A program made the position numbers and the translations under genes. Positions 43,641 to 52,253 of a DNA stretch of 64,000 bases are shown here, one piece after another. The stretch is from Spartobacteria bacterium. GTDB taxonomy: Bacteria; Verrucomicrobiota; Verrucomicrobiia; Chthoniobacterales; UBA6821. How positions within the stretch are numbered: the first letter of the stretch is position 1; every line of letters starts with the position of its first letter. The notes beneath the pieces were generated by a model, which did no database searches, was not told the DNA's origin, and saw nothing but the letters and a program-made list of their open reading frames with translations. Where the stretch lies: assembly GCA_947487385.1 (NCBI GenBank), contig CANKWU010000007.1:7894-71893 (forward strand), written 5' to 3'.

Positions 43641-45080
43641 ATGAGTGCTCGGGAGCGGGTTCATCTGGTCTGGCTGAAGCGGGATCTGCGCCTCCACGAT
43701 CATGCCCCACTGGCCGAGGCTTCGCGGCGGTGTGCCGCAGGAGAAAAAGCCCTCGCCCTCTATGTCCACGAGACGGACTACTGGGCTACCGACAAGGCCT
43801 CGCCGGACCAATGGGGATTTGTGGCGGAATGTCTGAGGTACCTTGCGACGAATCTTGAAAAAATTAACTGCCCGCTGCTGATCGCGAAAGCTCCCTCCGC
43901 AGAGATCGTGTTGGAATCGCTCTTTGATCACTATGGGGTTGCGGAACTCCTCTGCCATCAGGAGACGGGCAACGGCTGGACCTTTGAGCGGGATAAGCGT
44001 GTGCATTGGCTTTGCAGAGAACGAGGCATCCCGGTACGGGAATTTCTCCAGAACGCCGTAGTCCGTGGCCGGAACAGACCACCCCAGAAGCCGGAGCATC
44101 AGTCTTTCTGGAGAGAGTGGATTTCGGAAGCGCAAGCCCCGACGCCTCGCTTCTGGAGTGCCCCTTCCACTCTGCCGCCGCAGTTCGTCTCCCCCGATCT
44201 CTCGACACCGGCGAGCGTCACGCGTCAACGTGGCGGCGAGGCTATGGCTCTTGGGCTACTGGAGAGTTTCCTGAATGAGCGTTGTCTTCTGCACGCCGGA
44301 TACCGTGTGGAAATGGGAAGCCCCCTGCATGCCCATGAGGCCTGCTCGCGCCTCTCCCCGCATCTTACCTGGGGGAGTCTCTCCACAAAGCGGGCGTCTC
44401 AGGACTCCATGGCACGAGAGCCGCGCCCACCTCACGGGAGCATGATGCACCGCAACAGCTTCCACCGCCGCCTCCGCTGGAGGGATCACTTTCTACAGAA
44501 ATTCGAGTCCCTGTCATGGATGGAATTCCGCTGCATTAATAGCTCAAGGGAGAGCCTGCACCGATGGGATCAGGCCGCTTACGAGCGCTGGGCCTCGGGC
44601 ATGACGGGCTATCCCTTCATCGATGCCTGTATGCGCTCACTCAATGCCACGAAATGGATCAACTTCCGCGCCCGGGCCATGCTTGTCTCGTTTGCCTCCT
44701 ATGCGCTGAATCTCGATTGGCGGCGATTCGCTCCCCATCTCGCCCGCACATTCCTCGACTACGAACCAGGCATCCATTACAGCCAGATCCAGATGCAGGC
44801 GGGCACCACCTATGGCTCCCCTCCTAGGATCTACAATCCGATGAAGCAGTCTCTGGAGAAGGATCCTGATGGGGAATTTATCCGCCATTGGGTTCCGGAG
44901 CTTCGAGACATTTCAAGCAACGCCATTCATCTTCCCCAAGATGTCAACCGACCGGGCTATCCGGCCGCAATCGTCTCACCAGGATCGCTCTGGCGCGTCA
45001 TGCGATCAAACGGCCCAAAGACTCAGAATCCTAAGACAAAGAAATCTGAGCTTCAGCCGGAGCTATTTCTTCCCGATTGA
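43641..45080 (+). CDS. Cryptochrome/photolyase-family protein (canonical domain order)
   Basis: The N-terminal alpha/beta domain reads VHLVWLKRDLRLHDHAPL. The FAD domain reads TGYPFIDACMRSLNATKWINFRARAMLVSFA...LDYEPGIHYSQIQMQAG...IYNPMKQSLEKDPDGEFIRHWVPEL. The subclass (CPD/DASH) is not assignable by eye. Confidence 0.8.
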   Translation: MSARERVHLVWLKRDLRLHDHAPLAEASRRCAAGEKALALYVHETDYWATDKASPDQWGFVAECLRYLATNLEKINCPLLIAKAPSAEIVLESLFDHYGVAELLCHQETGNGWTFERDKRVHWLCRERGIPVREFLQNAVVRGRNRPPQKPEHQSFWREWISEAQAPTPRFWSAPSTLPPQFVSPDLSTPASVTRQRGGEAMALGLLESFLNERCLLHAGYRVEMGSPLHAHEACSRLSPHLTWGSLSTKRASQDSMAREPRPPHGSMMHRNSFHRRLRWRDHFLQKFESLSWMEFRCINSSRESLHRWDQAAYERWASGMTGYPFIDACMRSLNATKWINFRARAMLVSFASYALNLDWRRFAPHLARTFLDYEPGIHYSQIQMQAGTTYGSPPRIYNPMKQSLEKDPDGEFIRHWVPELRDISSNAIHLPQDVNRPGYPAAIVSPGSLWRVMRSNGPKTQNPKTKKSELQPELFLPD

Positions 45081-45113
45081 TGATTCTTCCAGGCGGGATA
45101 CTCTTTCAGGGAG

Positions 45114-46082
45114 ATGAGCATGGCTTCCCACTGGATCAATGCATGGCGCGGATCCCTAGCTGCCGATGCCCTGGCGATGCCTGTTCATTGGTACTACGAC
45201 ACAGGGGCCCTTCGACGTGAGTATGGTGTCGTCGACCGCTACCTTGAGCCAAAAAATCCCCATTCCGGAAGCATTCTCTGGCGTTCGGAATACCATGCAC
45301 TCAACGAGAAGGGAGATATTCTCCGCGATCAGGCCCGCTACTGGGGAGAGCGCGGGATTCATTATCATCAGTTCCTCAAGGCCGGCGAGAATACACTGAA
45401 TTACCGGCTCGCCCGGGAACTCTTCGCATTCGTGAAGGAAAGAGGTGGTTACGATCCCGATGCCTGGCTTGAGCGCTATATTACTAAAATGCTGGAGCCC
45501 GGATGGCATCGCGACACCTATGTGGAGGAGTATCACCGTGCCTTCTTCACTAGGTACGCGCAGGGTAAGAAGCCAAGAAAATGCGGAATCAGCGATGAGC
45601 ATATCGGGGGGCTAGCCACCGTACCTGCTCTTTGCGCGGCGCTATGCTCCTTGGAACAGGGGATCGAGCTTTCGGAATTGAGGGTGATCGTGAAAGAGCA
45701 TGTCGGGTTAACTCATGCCCATGCCAATGTACTACGTGCAGCAGATACCCTAGTACGCCTTCTCTGGAAGGTAACTGAAGGGATGGAAGTTCACGAGGCG
45801 ATCCGCCTTGAGGGCGGGGACTGGATCTCAGGTAAGAAATCAGATTCATGGCTCCACCAACCTGACGAGTATGTCGTCGGATCCCGCTTCAGCCCCGCCT
45901 GCTACATCGCCGATGCAATGCCTGCATCGCTCTATCTGGTCTGGAAATATTCGCGCGACTTCTCGGCAGGTATTATCGCCAACGCTATGGTCGGAGGTGA
46001 CAGCTGCCACCGCGGGGCCGTGGTAGGCAGCATCCTCGGGGCAGCTAACGGAGTGCCAGAACGGTTTTTGCTCACCCTATAA
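45114..46082 (+). CDS. ADP-ribosylglycohydrolase-family protein
   Basis: LAADALAMPVHWYY lies near the N-terminus and GGDSCHRGAVVGSILGAANG near the C-terminus. These correspond to the two metal-site regions of the ARH/DraG fold. Confidence 0.7.
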   Translation: MSMASHWINAWRGSLAADALAMPVHWYYDTGALRREYGVVDRYLEPKNPHSGSILWRSEYHALNEKGDILRDQARYWGERGIHYHQFLKAGENTLNYRLARELFAFVKERGGYDPDAWLERYITKMLEPGWHRDTYVEEYHRAFFTRYAQGKKPRKCGISDEHIGGLATVPALCAALCSLEQGIELSELRVIVKEHVGLTHAHANVLRAADTLVRLLWKVTEGMEVHEAIRLEGGDWISGKKSDSWLHQPDEYVVGSRFSPACYIADAMPASLYLVWKYSRDFSAGIIANAMVGGDSCHRGAVVGSILGAANGVPERFLLTL

Positions 46083-46100
46083 TTCGGAATTATTGATTCA

Positions 46101-47303
46101 ATGAATCCAACGCGTGAGGAGGGACTGCAAACGCTCGAGCGTTTTTTACCCCATGCCGGTATCAGCTATAGAGAGAGGCGTAATTTTGTCCCCGGAGTTG
46201 TTTCGGGGCTTTCCCCCTACGTGCGTCACCGGTTGATCACGGAAGCTGAAGTCGTCGGAGCAGTTCTTCAAAAGCATTCTTTTCAAGAAGCCGAGAAATT
46301 CATCCAGGAAATCTGCTGGCGTACCTATTGGAAGGGATGGCTGGAGATGAGGCCCTCGGTTTGGTCGGAGTATCTTGAGGCACTTCAAACGCTTAAAATC
46401 CAAATGCAAGAGGAGCCTGATGTGAATGATCGAGTCCAATCAGCCGAAAGTGGTGTTACAGGGATTGGTTGCTTTGATGACTGGGCCAACGCACTCCGTG
46501 AGACCGGATATCTTCACAACCATGTCAGGATGTGGTTTGCGAGCATCTGGGTTCATACGCTGCGTCTGCCATGGCAACTGGGAGCTGACTTCTTTATGAG
46601 GCACCTGCTGGACGGAGACCCAGCTTCCAATACCCTCTCGTGGCGCTGGGTCTGCGGACTGCAGACGCAGGGAAAGGTCTATGTGGCGACTGCCGAGAAT
46701 ATCGAGCGCTTCACGGATGGGCGTTATACTCCGCGCGGGCTTCTGGCTCAGGAAGCTCCGATGATGAGGGAGTCTTTCACAAATCACCCGCCACTCCCAC
46801 TGGCTCATCCCGATCAGCATGTTTCGGGTGAAAAAACTCTTCTGCTCATCACTGAGGAGGATCTCCACCCGGAGGATTGGGGTATTCCTCGTAGCGATGT
46901 GTTGGGAATCGTTCTTCTCGATTCGGCTGAGGCATATCCCGGGATCGCAGCGCTCCCCGTGGGATGGAAGAGCCACGCGCTCGAGGGAGCTGCCGCACGA
47001 TTGGCCGGTGAATTTCAGTGCCCTATCACGTGCCTCCAGAGTGATAAGGAATCACTATCCGCTAAACTGCGCACCCTTCTGCAGGAGTATGGAGCAGGCT
47101 GCTACAGCACCATGACTCCTCCCGTTGGCCCGACACTCAGCCTCATTGATCCGGTGCTTTCGGAACTGGTGAAGGAGGGTGTTACTGTCAGAAGACTGCG
47201 GCGTTCTTGGGATGACGCATTCTGGCCGCACGCGACCCATGGGTTTTTTAAGTTGAAGGAGCGGATTCCATCCGTTCTGAAGCAGCTGTCATTGATCCCT
47301 TGA
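46101..47303 (+). CDS. Photolyase-like protein with FAD-binding domain at the N-terminus (possible permuted CPF)
   Basis: LSPYVRHRLIT, TGYLHNHVRMWFASIW and LLDGDPASNTLSWRWVCG all lie in the first ~200 aa. The C-terminal ~185 aa read like a photolyase alpha/beta domain (KTLLLITEEDLHPEDW...). Confidence 0.65.
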   Translation: MNPTREEGLQTLERFLPHAGISYRERRNFVPGVVSGLSPYVRHRLITEAEVVGAVLQKHSFQEAEKFIQEICWRTYWKGWLEMRPSVWSEYLEALQTLKIQMQEEPDVNDRVQSAESGVTGIGCFDDWANALRETGYLHNHVRMWFASIWVHTLRLPWQLGADFFMRHLLDGDPASNTLSWRWVCGLQTQGKVYVATAENIERFTDGRYTPRGLLAQEAPMMRESFTNHPPLPLAHPDQHVSGEKTLLLITEEDLHPEDWGIPRSDVLGIVLLDSAEAYPGIAALPVGWKSHALEGAAARLAGEFQCPITCLQSDKESLSAKLRTLLQEYGAGCYSTMTPPVGPTLSLIDPVLSELVKEGVTVRRLRRSWDDAFWPHATHGFFKLKERIPSVLKQLSLIP

Positions 47304-47339
47304 TCAATGACTTATCGGCGAGACTCCCGTAGCGTTCTA

Positions 47340-47588
47340 TCACTCCAAGTCCTCATGATTCGAGGGCTTCAAACGGCGCTCCAGAAGCTTCCGGTGTTTT
47401 GTCACCCGGCCGCCAACTCGTTTTCTCCACATGGTAAAACTGGATGGCTTAAGTTCGCGGCGCATGATGTCGATCACCTCATGCTCTGCAAGACCAGTGC
47501 GTGTTTTTATTTCCTCAAACGTGGTTCGATCTTCCCACGCCAGACGAATCACCAAAGAAATCTGATCGCTTTGAATTTTTCCCTTCAT
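47340..47588 (-). CDS. TIGR03643/DUF2805 family small protein (photolyase-associated)
   Basis: RLAWEDRTTFEEIKTRTGLAEHEVIDIMRRELKPSSFTMWRKRVGGRVTKH matches the family consensus as I recall it. Confidence 0.7.
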   Translation of the reverse strand: MKGKIQSDQISLVIRLAWEDRTTFEEIKTRTGLAEHEVIDIMRRELKPSSFTMWRKRVGGRVTKHRKLLERRLKPSNHEDLE

Positions 47589-47597
47589 GGCGTGTGA

Positions 47598-48224
47598 TCA
47601 TCGGATCCCAATGAATTTACGGAAGGTGAGGTTGATCCGGGGCGTAGAGATTTTCTTGGTCTTGGGCATGGTATGCTCCCAGTGATGCTGGGTGGCTCCC
47701 TTCATCACCAGCAGGCTGCCATCTTCAAGAAGCACGGAAACGACCTCCTTGGACTTGCGGTGTTTCAGTTTAAAGATCCTTTCCGCCCCAAGGCTCACGG
47801 AGGCAATGAGAGGATTCTCGCCTAGGGTCTTTTCATCATCGCTGTGCCATCCCATTCCCTCGGAGCCGTCATGGTAAAGATTCAGCAGGCAAGAGTTGAA
47901 CTGGTGGCCGCACTCGCTCTCGACGCGCTCCTTGATCGTCACAAGAGCAGGGGTCCATGGTGCCGCGACTTTGCTTGTGCCGGAATAGGAGTAGGTGAAC
48001 TCTCCATCCCCCATCCAGGCCACTTTCCGGGAGAGGATCCTTTTCTGTCCAAAGAGGATCACCTCGTCCTGCTGCCAAGGGATCCCTGTTAGGAGCTCTT
48101 CAAAAAGACGGGACGACTCCCCCGCCCCAAAGAGCGAGGGGACATATTCGACGATCCCATCATAAGGAAGATAAGGAAGAAGTTGCCCGTTATTCACTGG
48201 CACAGAGGCCCCTGCTGGAGTCAC
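47598..48224 (-). CDS. alkB: Alpha-ketoglutarate/Fe(II)-dependent dioxygenase AlkB
   Basis: NLYHDGSEGMGWHSDDE (HxD), QHHWEH (distal His) and RINLTFRK (2OG Arg). Confidence 0.85.
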   Translation of the reverse strand: MTPAGASVPVNNGQLLPYLPYDGIVEYVPSLFGAGESSRLFEELLTGIPWQQDEVILFGQKRILSRKVAWMGDGEFTYSYSGTSKVAAPWTPALVTIKERVESECGHQFNSCLLNLYHDGSEGMGWHSDDEKTLGENPLIASVSLGAERIFKLKHRKSKEVVSVLLEDGSLLVMKGATQHHWEHTMPKTKKISTPRINLTFRKFIGIR

Positions 48225-48348
48225 GACCAGTTGGGAGGGTGATTCCAGAAACGGGGCTTGCCCACATGGCAGTGCAGTGACGTTCCGATGGCATTACCGA
48301 ACCACCGGGTCACAAAGAAAAGGAGGCGGGGAATCTGGTTCATGGGAG

Positions 48349-49560
48349 TTAGTCTAGGCTGGAGAGACGATCCTGCAGCGGTGAGATGGGATGGAAAACA
48401 GCCGTCTTGGTTGGGGAAAGGGAGATGTCGGTGGCGTTGAGTCGTTCAACCTTGGATAAGATGTCGCGTACCTCTGCAAGAGTTGCCAAGGAGGCTAGGA
48501 ATGAATCGGCACGCCGCGTCCAGAGCCTATTCAGTGTTGGCCAGACAAAGAGGGCCAAAAAGCACCATGTCGTCATAACGGCTGCTCCGCATAGCCCTGC
48601 CTGCACCGGATTTATGCTTGGCAGAAGAGATGCCGCTAAAATTCCCAGCAATGTCCAAACCGCCACGATGACCAGGATTAGGATCCACGCTCCCGATCTG
48701 CGGTAATATTCCTCACGGGCTACAAGAAGGGCAGCCTCACGCGGGGTGAGCCATTGCGCGACTGTGGTCGAGAGGGAAAGGACTCCCCGGGGGGAGATGC
48801 AACCGTTCACCGTTTCTTCATCGCCATGATCGAACCAGCGAACTGGTCTCAAGGTGATCTTCAGCGGTTTCAGCTCGAACTCAAGATTCTCCTCAAAAGC
48901 TTTCTCTAAAGAGCCTGCATCAGATGGACGGCCAGCAGGGACAAACAGAAAAAGGATCAAAATGAACGCTCCCGCGGCGAGCAGCATCGGCACAGCCCAT
49001 TGCCGAGGAACTTGATGAAACGCGGCGAAGAAAAGAAACCCAGTCCAGAGCCCCGCTAACGTGAGCAACCGGTTTCGCACCCAATCCTTCAGCCAACCAG
49101 TTTCATATTCCACGATACGATTCGCCGCACTTTCCAGGGCGCTGCCCATTAGAAGGTCAAAAGGGAGGTTCGCCAGAGTTATCAGCAGCGCCACCGAAAG
49201 TAAAACCGCCGGGACCGCTACTGGACCGGAGAGGCCACTTGCCCACCACGATGCACTGAGGGCAAGCCCCCAGATCAGCGCAAGATTGGCTCCGATCGAT
49301 GTGATGCCCGCCCAAAGACGAACGCGCTGGTAGTTACTAGGATCCACCGTGGTAGTTTGTGCAATAGAAAAGGCCGGGTCAATGACCCGGTCGCCGTCGG
49401 TTCGCTGCTTTGAAAAGACCCTCTTAACCCTGGAGAGGCAGTCGTGCGTCACTATGATAGCTCCTGCGTTGGAGGTTGTTGGATGTTTCGAATCTTTATT
49501 AGCCCAAGTATCCCAACTCTCCTCCACATGAACAACCTCCAGAAACTTCACACCTAACAC
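48349..49560 (-). CDS. Polytopic membrane protein, M48/M56-peptidase-like but lacking HExxH
   Basis: Multiple TMs. LTPREAALLVAREEYYRRSG occupies the position and context of the ...E..AVLAHElgH... zinc motif, and the C-terminus FHPISPLQDRL resembles the HPP...R tail of M48 peptidases. The true start is uncertain. Confidence 0.45.
   Translation of the reverse strand: MLGVKFLEVVHVEESWDTWANKDSKHPTTSNAGAIIVTHDCLSRVKRVFSKQRTDGDRVIDPAFSIAQTTTVDPSNYQRVRLWAGITSIGANLALIWGLALSASWWASGLSGPVAVPAVLLSVALLITLANLPFDLLMGSALESAANRIVEYETGWLKDWVRNRLLTLAGLWTGFLFFAAFHQVPRQWAVPMLLAAGAFILILFLFVPAGRPSDAGSLEKAFEENLEFELKPLKITLRPVRWFDHGDEETVNGCISPRGVLSLSTTVAQWLTPREAALLVAREEYYRRSGAWILILVIVAVWTLLGILAASLLPSINPVQAGLCGAAVMTTWCFLALFVWPTLNRLWTRRADSFLASLATLAEVRDILSKVERLNATDISLSPTKTAVFHPISPLQDRLSSLD
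49268..49390. repeat. Left copy of a 123-bp diverged direct repeat (within the 5' part of the membrane-protein gene)
   Basis: It matches 54542..54664. The first 29 bp are identical, then 72 of 94 match with no indels (manual count). Confidence 0.85.
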
Positions 49561-49682
49561 TCTGGTTGAAACGTTACCCTTACACTGTCTTAAACATTAG
49601 TGACTCCACAGGTTCTCCATTCTTAGATATGGCTGTCTCAATAAGATTTCTTTTGATAAGGAATCCCTGCCTACCAACCTTT

Positions 49683-51227
49683 ATGAAGATCGCATTATTC
49701 CCTGCGCGAATCCTTTTCGCCATTCTTGGACTGCTCATCACCGCACACTCAACGCACGCGGCCGATAAACAGAAAAAGCCCAACATTCTCATCATCTGGG
49801 GTGATGACATCGGTCAGTTCAATCTCAGTGCAGTTAACCGCGGCATGATGGGCTACCGCACACCGAATATCGACCGTATCGCCAGCGAGGGTGCTTATTT
49901 TACCGATTGGTATGGCCAGCAATCCTGCACGGCAGGACGCGCAGCCTTTATCACAGGCCAGTCACCGATCCGCACCGGCCTCACCAAAGTGGGTCTTCCA
50001 GGTGCCCCTGAAGGGATGAAAAAAGAGGATCCCACCATCGCGACCCTTCTTAGAGCGCAGGGCTATGTCACGGGCCAGTTCGGTAAGAATCACCTCGGGG
50101 ATCGGGACGACATGCTGCCGACCAGTAATGGATTTGATGAGTTTTTTGGGAATCTCTATCACCTGAATGCCGAGGAGGAGCCTGAAAACCCCGACTATCC
50201 GAAGAGTCCCGAGTTCAAAAAGAAGTTCGCCCCACGCGGCGTGATTCACAGTTATGCCGACGGCCGCATCAAGGACACAGGCCCACTGAACAAAAAACGC
50301 ATGGAGACGATTGACGACGAGGTCAACGAAAAGACCTTCGCCTTCATGGAGCGTGCGGTGAAGGAGGGTAAGCCTTTCTTTCTTTGGTGGAACTCAACAC
50401 GTATGCACATCTTCACGCACTTGAAGAAGGAGTCCGATGGCAAGACGGGACTCGGCATTTATGCGGATGGTATGGTTGAGCACGACGCCCATGTCGCTCA
50501 GTTGCTTGCTAAACTCAAGGAGCTTGGTCTTGAGGAGAACACCATCGTGATGTACTCCAGCGACAATGGTGCCGAGTCCTTCACCTGGCCAGATGGAGGT
50601 ACCACCATGTTCCGTGGGGAGAAAAACACTCAGTGGGAGGGAGGATATCGCGTGCCGACTTTCATCCGCTGGCCTGGGGTCATTAAGCCCGGCACCGTGA
50701 TTAACGATATCGGGTCCCATGAAGACATGTTGCCCACACTGCTTGCCGCTGCGGGAGAACCAGCTGTAAAGGAAGAGTTGCTCAAGGGAATGAAGGTTGC
50801 AGACACCACTTACAAAGTGCACTTGGATGGCAATAACCTCCTACCATCACTAAAAGGAGAGGCGCCGTGGCCTCGCAAGGAATTCATCTATTGGACCGAT
50901 GACGGTAGCGTTGCGGCCCTTCGGTACGATAACTGGAAGATCACCTTCCTGAAACAAAATGCCCACGGCATGAATGTCTGGCTTCATCCGTTTGAGGCGC
51001 TTAGGGCGCCAATGGTCACCAACCTTCGCATGGACCCCTTCGAACTCGCTCCGGACATTGGCATGGGTTACCAACGCTGGTATCTAGAGCACATGTTTGT
51101 TATCGCACCCGCCGCAAATTATGTGGGGGGATGGTTGCAGAGTTTCCGTGAGTTCCCTCCACGTCAAAAGCCCGGCAGCTTCAATCTTGATCGTGTGATG
51201 GAGTCCGTAACCTCGGCGAATGAGTAA
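49683..51227 (+). CDS. Arylsulfatase (Cys-type, formylglycine-dependent)
   Basis: The signal peptide starts at ATG 49683. PNILIIWGDDIG and the FGly motif SCTAGRAAFITG (C-x-A-x-R) are present, with GKNHLG as the sulfatase signature 2. Confidence 0.9.
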   Translation: MKIALFPARILFAILGLLITAHSTHAADKQKKPNILIIWGDDIGQFNLSAVNRGMMGYRTPNIDRIASEGAYFTDWYGQQSCTAGRAAFITGQSPIRTGLTKVGLPGAPEGMKKEDPTIATLLRAQGYVTGQFGKNHLGDRDDMLPTSNGFDEFFGNLYHLNAEEEPENPDYPKSPEFKKKFAPRGVIHSYADGRIKDTGPLNKKRMETIDDEVNEKTFAFMERAVKEGKPFFLWWNSTRMHIFTHLKKESDGKTGLGIYADGMVEHDAHVAQLLAKLKELGLEENTIVMYSSDNGAESFTWPDGGTTMFRGEKNTQWEGGYRVPTFIRWPGVIKPGTVINDIGSHEDMLPTLLAAAGEPAVKEELLKGMKVADTTYKVHLDGNNLLPSLKGEAPWPRKEFIYWTDDGSVAALRYDNWKITFLKQNAHGMNVWLHPFEALRAPMVTNLRMDPFELAPDIGMGYQRWYLEHMFVIAPAANYVGGWLQSFREFPPRQKPGSFNLDRVMESVTSANE

Positions 51228-51242
51228 GGGAGAAGACTCACG

Positions 51243-52226
51243 GTGATCCACCGCAACCTCTGTACGCTGGCATGCATTCTCTGGTCTGCGCTGGCGACCC
51301 ATGCGAGCGAGCCCCTGCCATCATGGAACGATAGTTCCTCGAGGAGGGCGATCCTCTCCTTTGTGGCGAAAGTCACCGATAAATCGGGAGGCAGTTTTGT
51401 GCCCCCCGCCCAGAGGATCGCCGTATTCGACAACGACGGGACACTCTGGCCAGAAAACCCGATTCCATTTCAGATGTCATTCACCATTGAGGAGATAAAA
51501 CGACAGCTCCCTCAGCACCCCGAATGGAAGTCCGATAAGGATATTCAGGCTGCTCTTTCGGGTGACTTCCCCCCTCTTCTTCGAGACCATTTCAGGGGAC
51601 TGTTACACATCATCTCTGTTGCAGGCTCCGGCATGACTACCGACGAGTTTGCTGCAAGCGTCCGTCGTTGGTTTGCCTCTGCCAAGCATCCACGATTTAA
51701 CAAGGCTTACGACGGCCTTGCGTACCAACCCATGCAGGAGTTATTGGCCTACCTGAGAGCCAATGGATTCAAAAACTACATTGTTTCCGGCGGAGGGTTG
51801 GATTTCATGCGCGCCTTCAGTGAGCGAGTTTACGGCGTTGTGCCGGAACAGGTCGTGGGATCCCACACTGCTGTCGTCTATGAATTGAGGGATAGCGGTC
51901 CCGTACTGGTCAAAACCATGAACCGTCTCTTTGTGGATGACGGCGCCGCCAAGCCAGAGGCCATTCATCAATTCATCGGACGCCGGCCTATTGCTGCCTT
52001 TGGCAATAGCGACGGAGATAAAGAGATGCTGGAATACACCACTATCGGGAATCCTCTCCCATCCCTCGGCCTGCTTATCCACCACACCGATAAGGAGAGG
52101 GAGTATGCCTATGACGCCAAGCCACAGAGCAGTGGAAAACTTATTACCGCTCTAGCAGAGGCCCCCCAGCGCGGCTGGGTTGTGACTGATATGAAAAAGG
52201 ACTGGCGGTTGATCTTTTCGGAGTAG
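51243..52226 (+). CDS. Secreted HAD-superfamily hydrolase/phosphatase
   Basis: GTG start and signal peptide. HAD motif I is VFDNDGTLW and motif IV-like is FGNSDGDKEM. Confidence 0.65.
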   Translation: MIHRNLCTLACILWSALATHASEPLPSWNDSSSRRAILSFVAKVTDKSGGSFVPPAQRIAVFDNDGTLWPENPIPFQMSFTIEEIKRQLPQHPEWKSDKDIQAALSGDFPPLLRDHFRGLLHIISVAGSGMTTDEFAASVRRWFASAKHPRFNKAYDGLAYQPMQELLAYLRANGFKNYIVSGGGLDFMRAFSERVYGVVPEQVVGSHTAVVYELRDSGPVLVKTMNRLFVDDGAAKPEAIHQFIGRRPIAAFGNSDGDKEMLEYTTIGNPLPSLGLLIHHTDKEREYAYDAKPQSSGKLITALAEAPQRGWVVTDMKKDWRLIFSE

Positions 52227-52253
52227 TGTGTGCATCGTTCCACTGCTGAAAAT

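Noticed and set aside
43251-44228. 325-aa minus-strand ORF spanning the DUF3050/DUF2256/photolyase junction
   Set aside because: It overlaps three well-supported + strand genes and is Arg-rich with no motifs. It is a shadow ORF.
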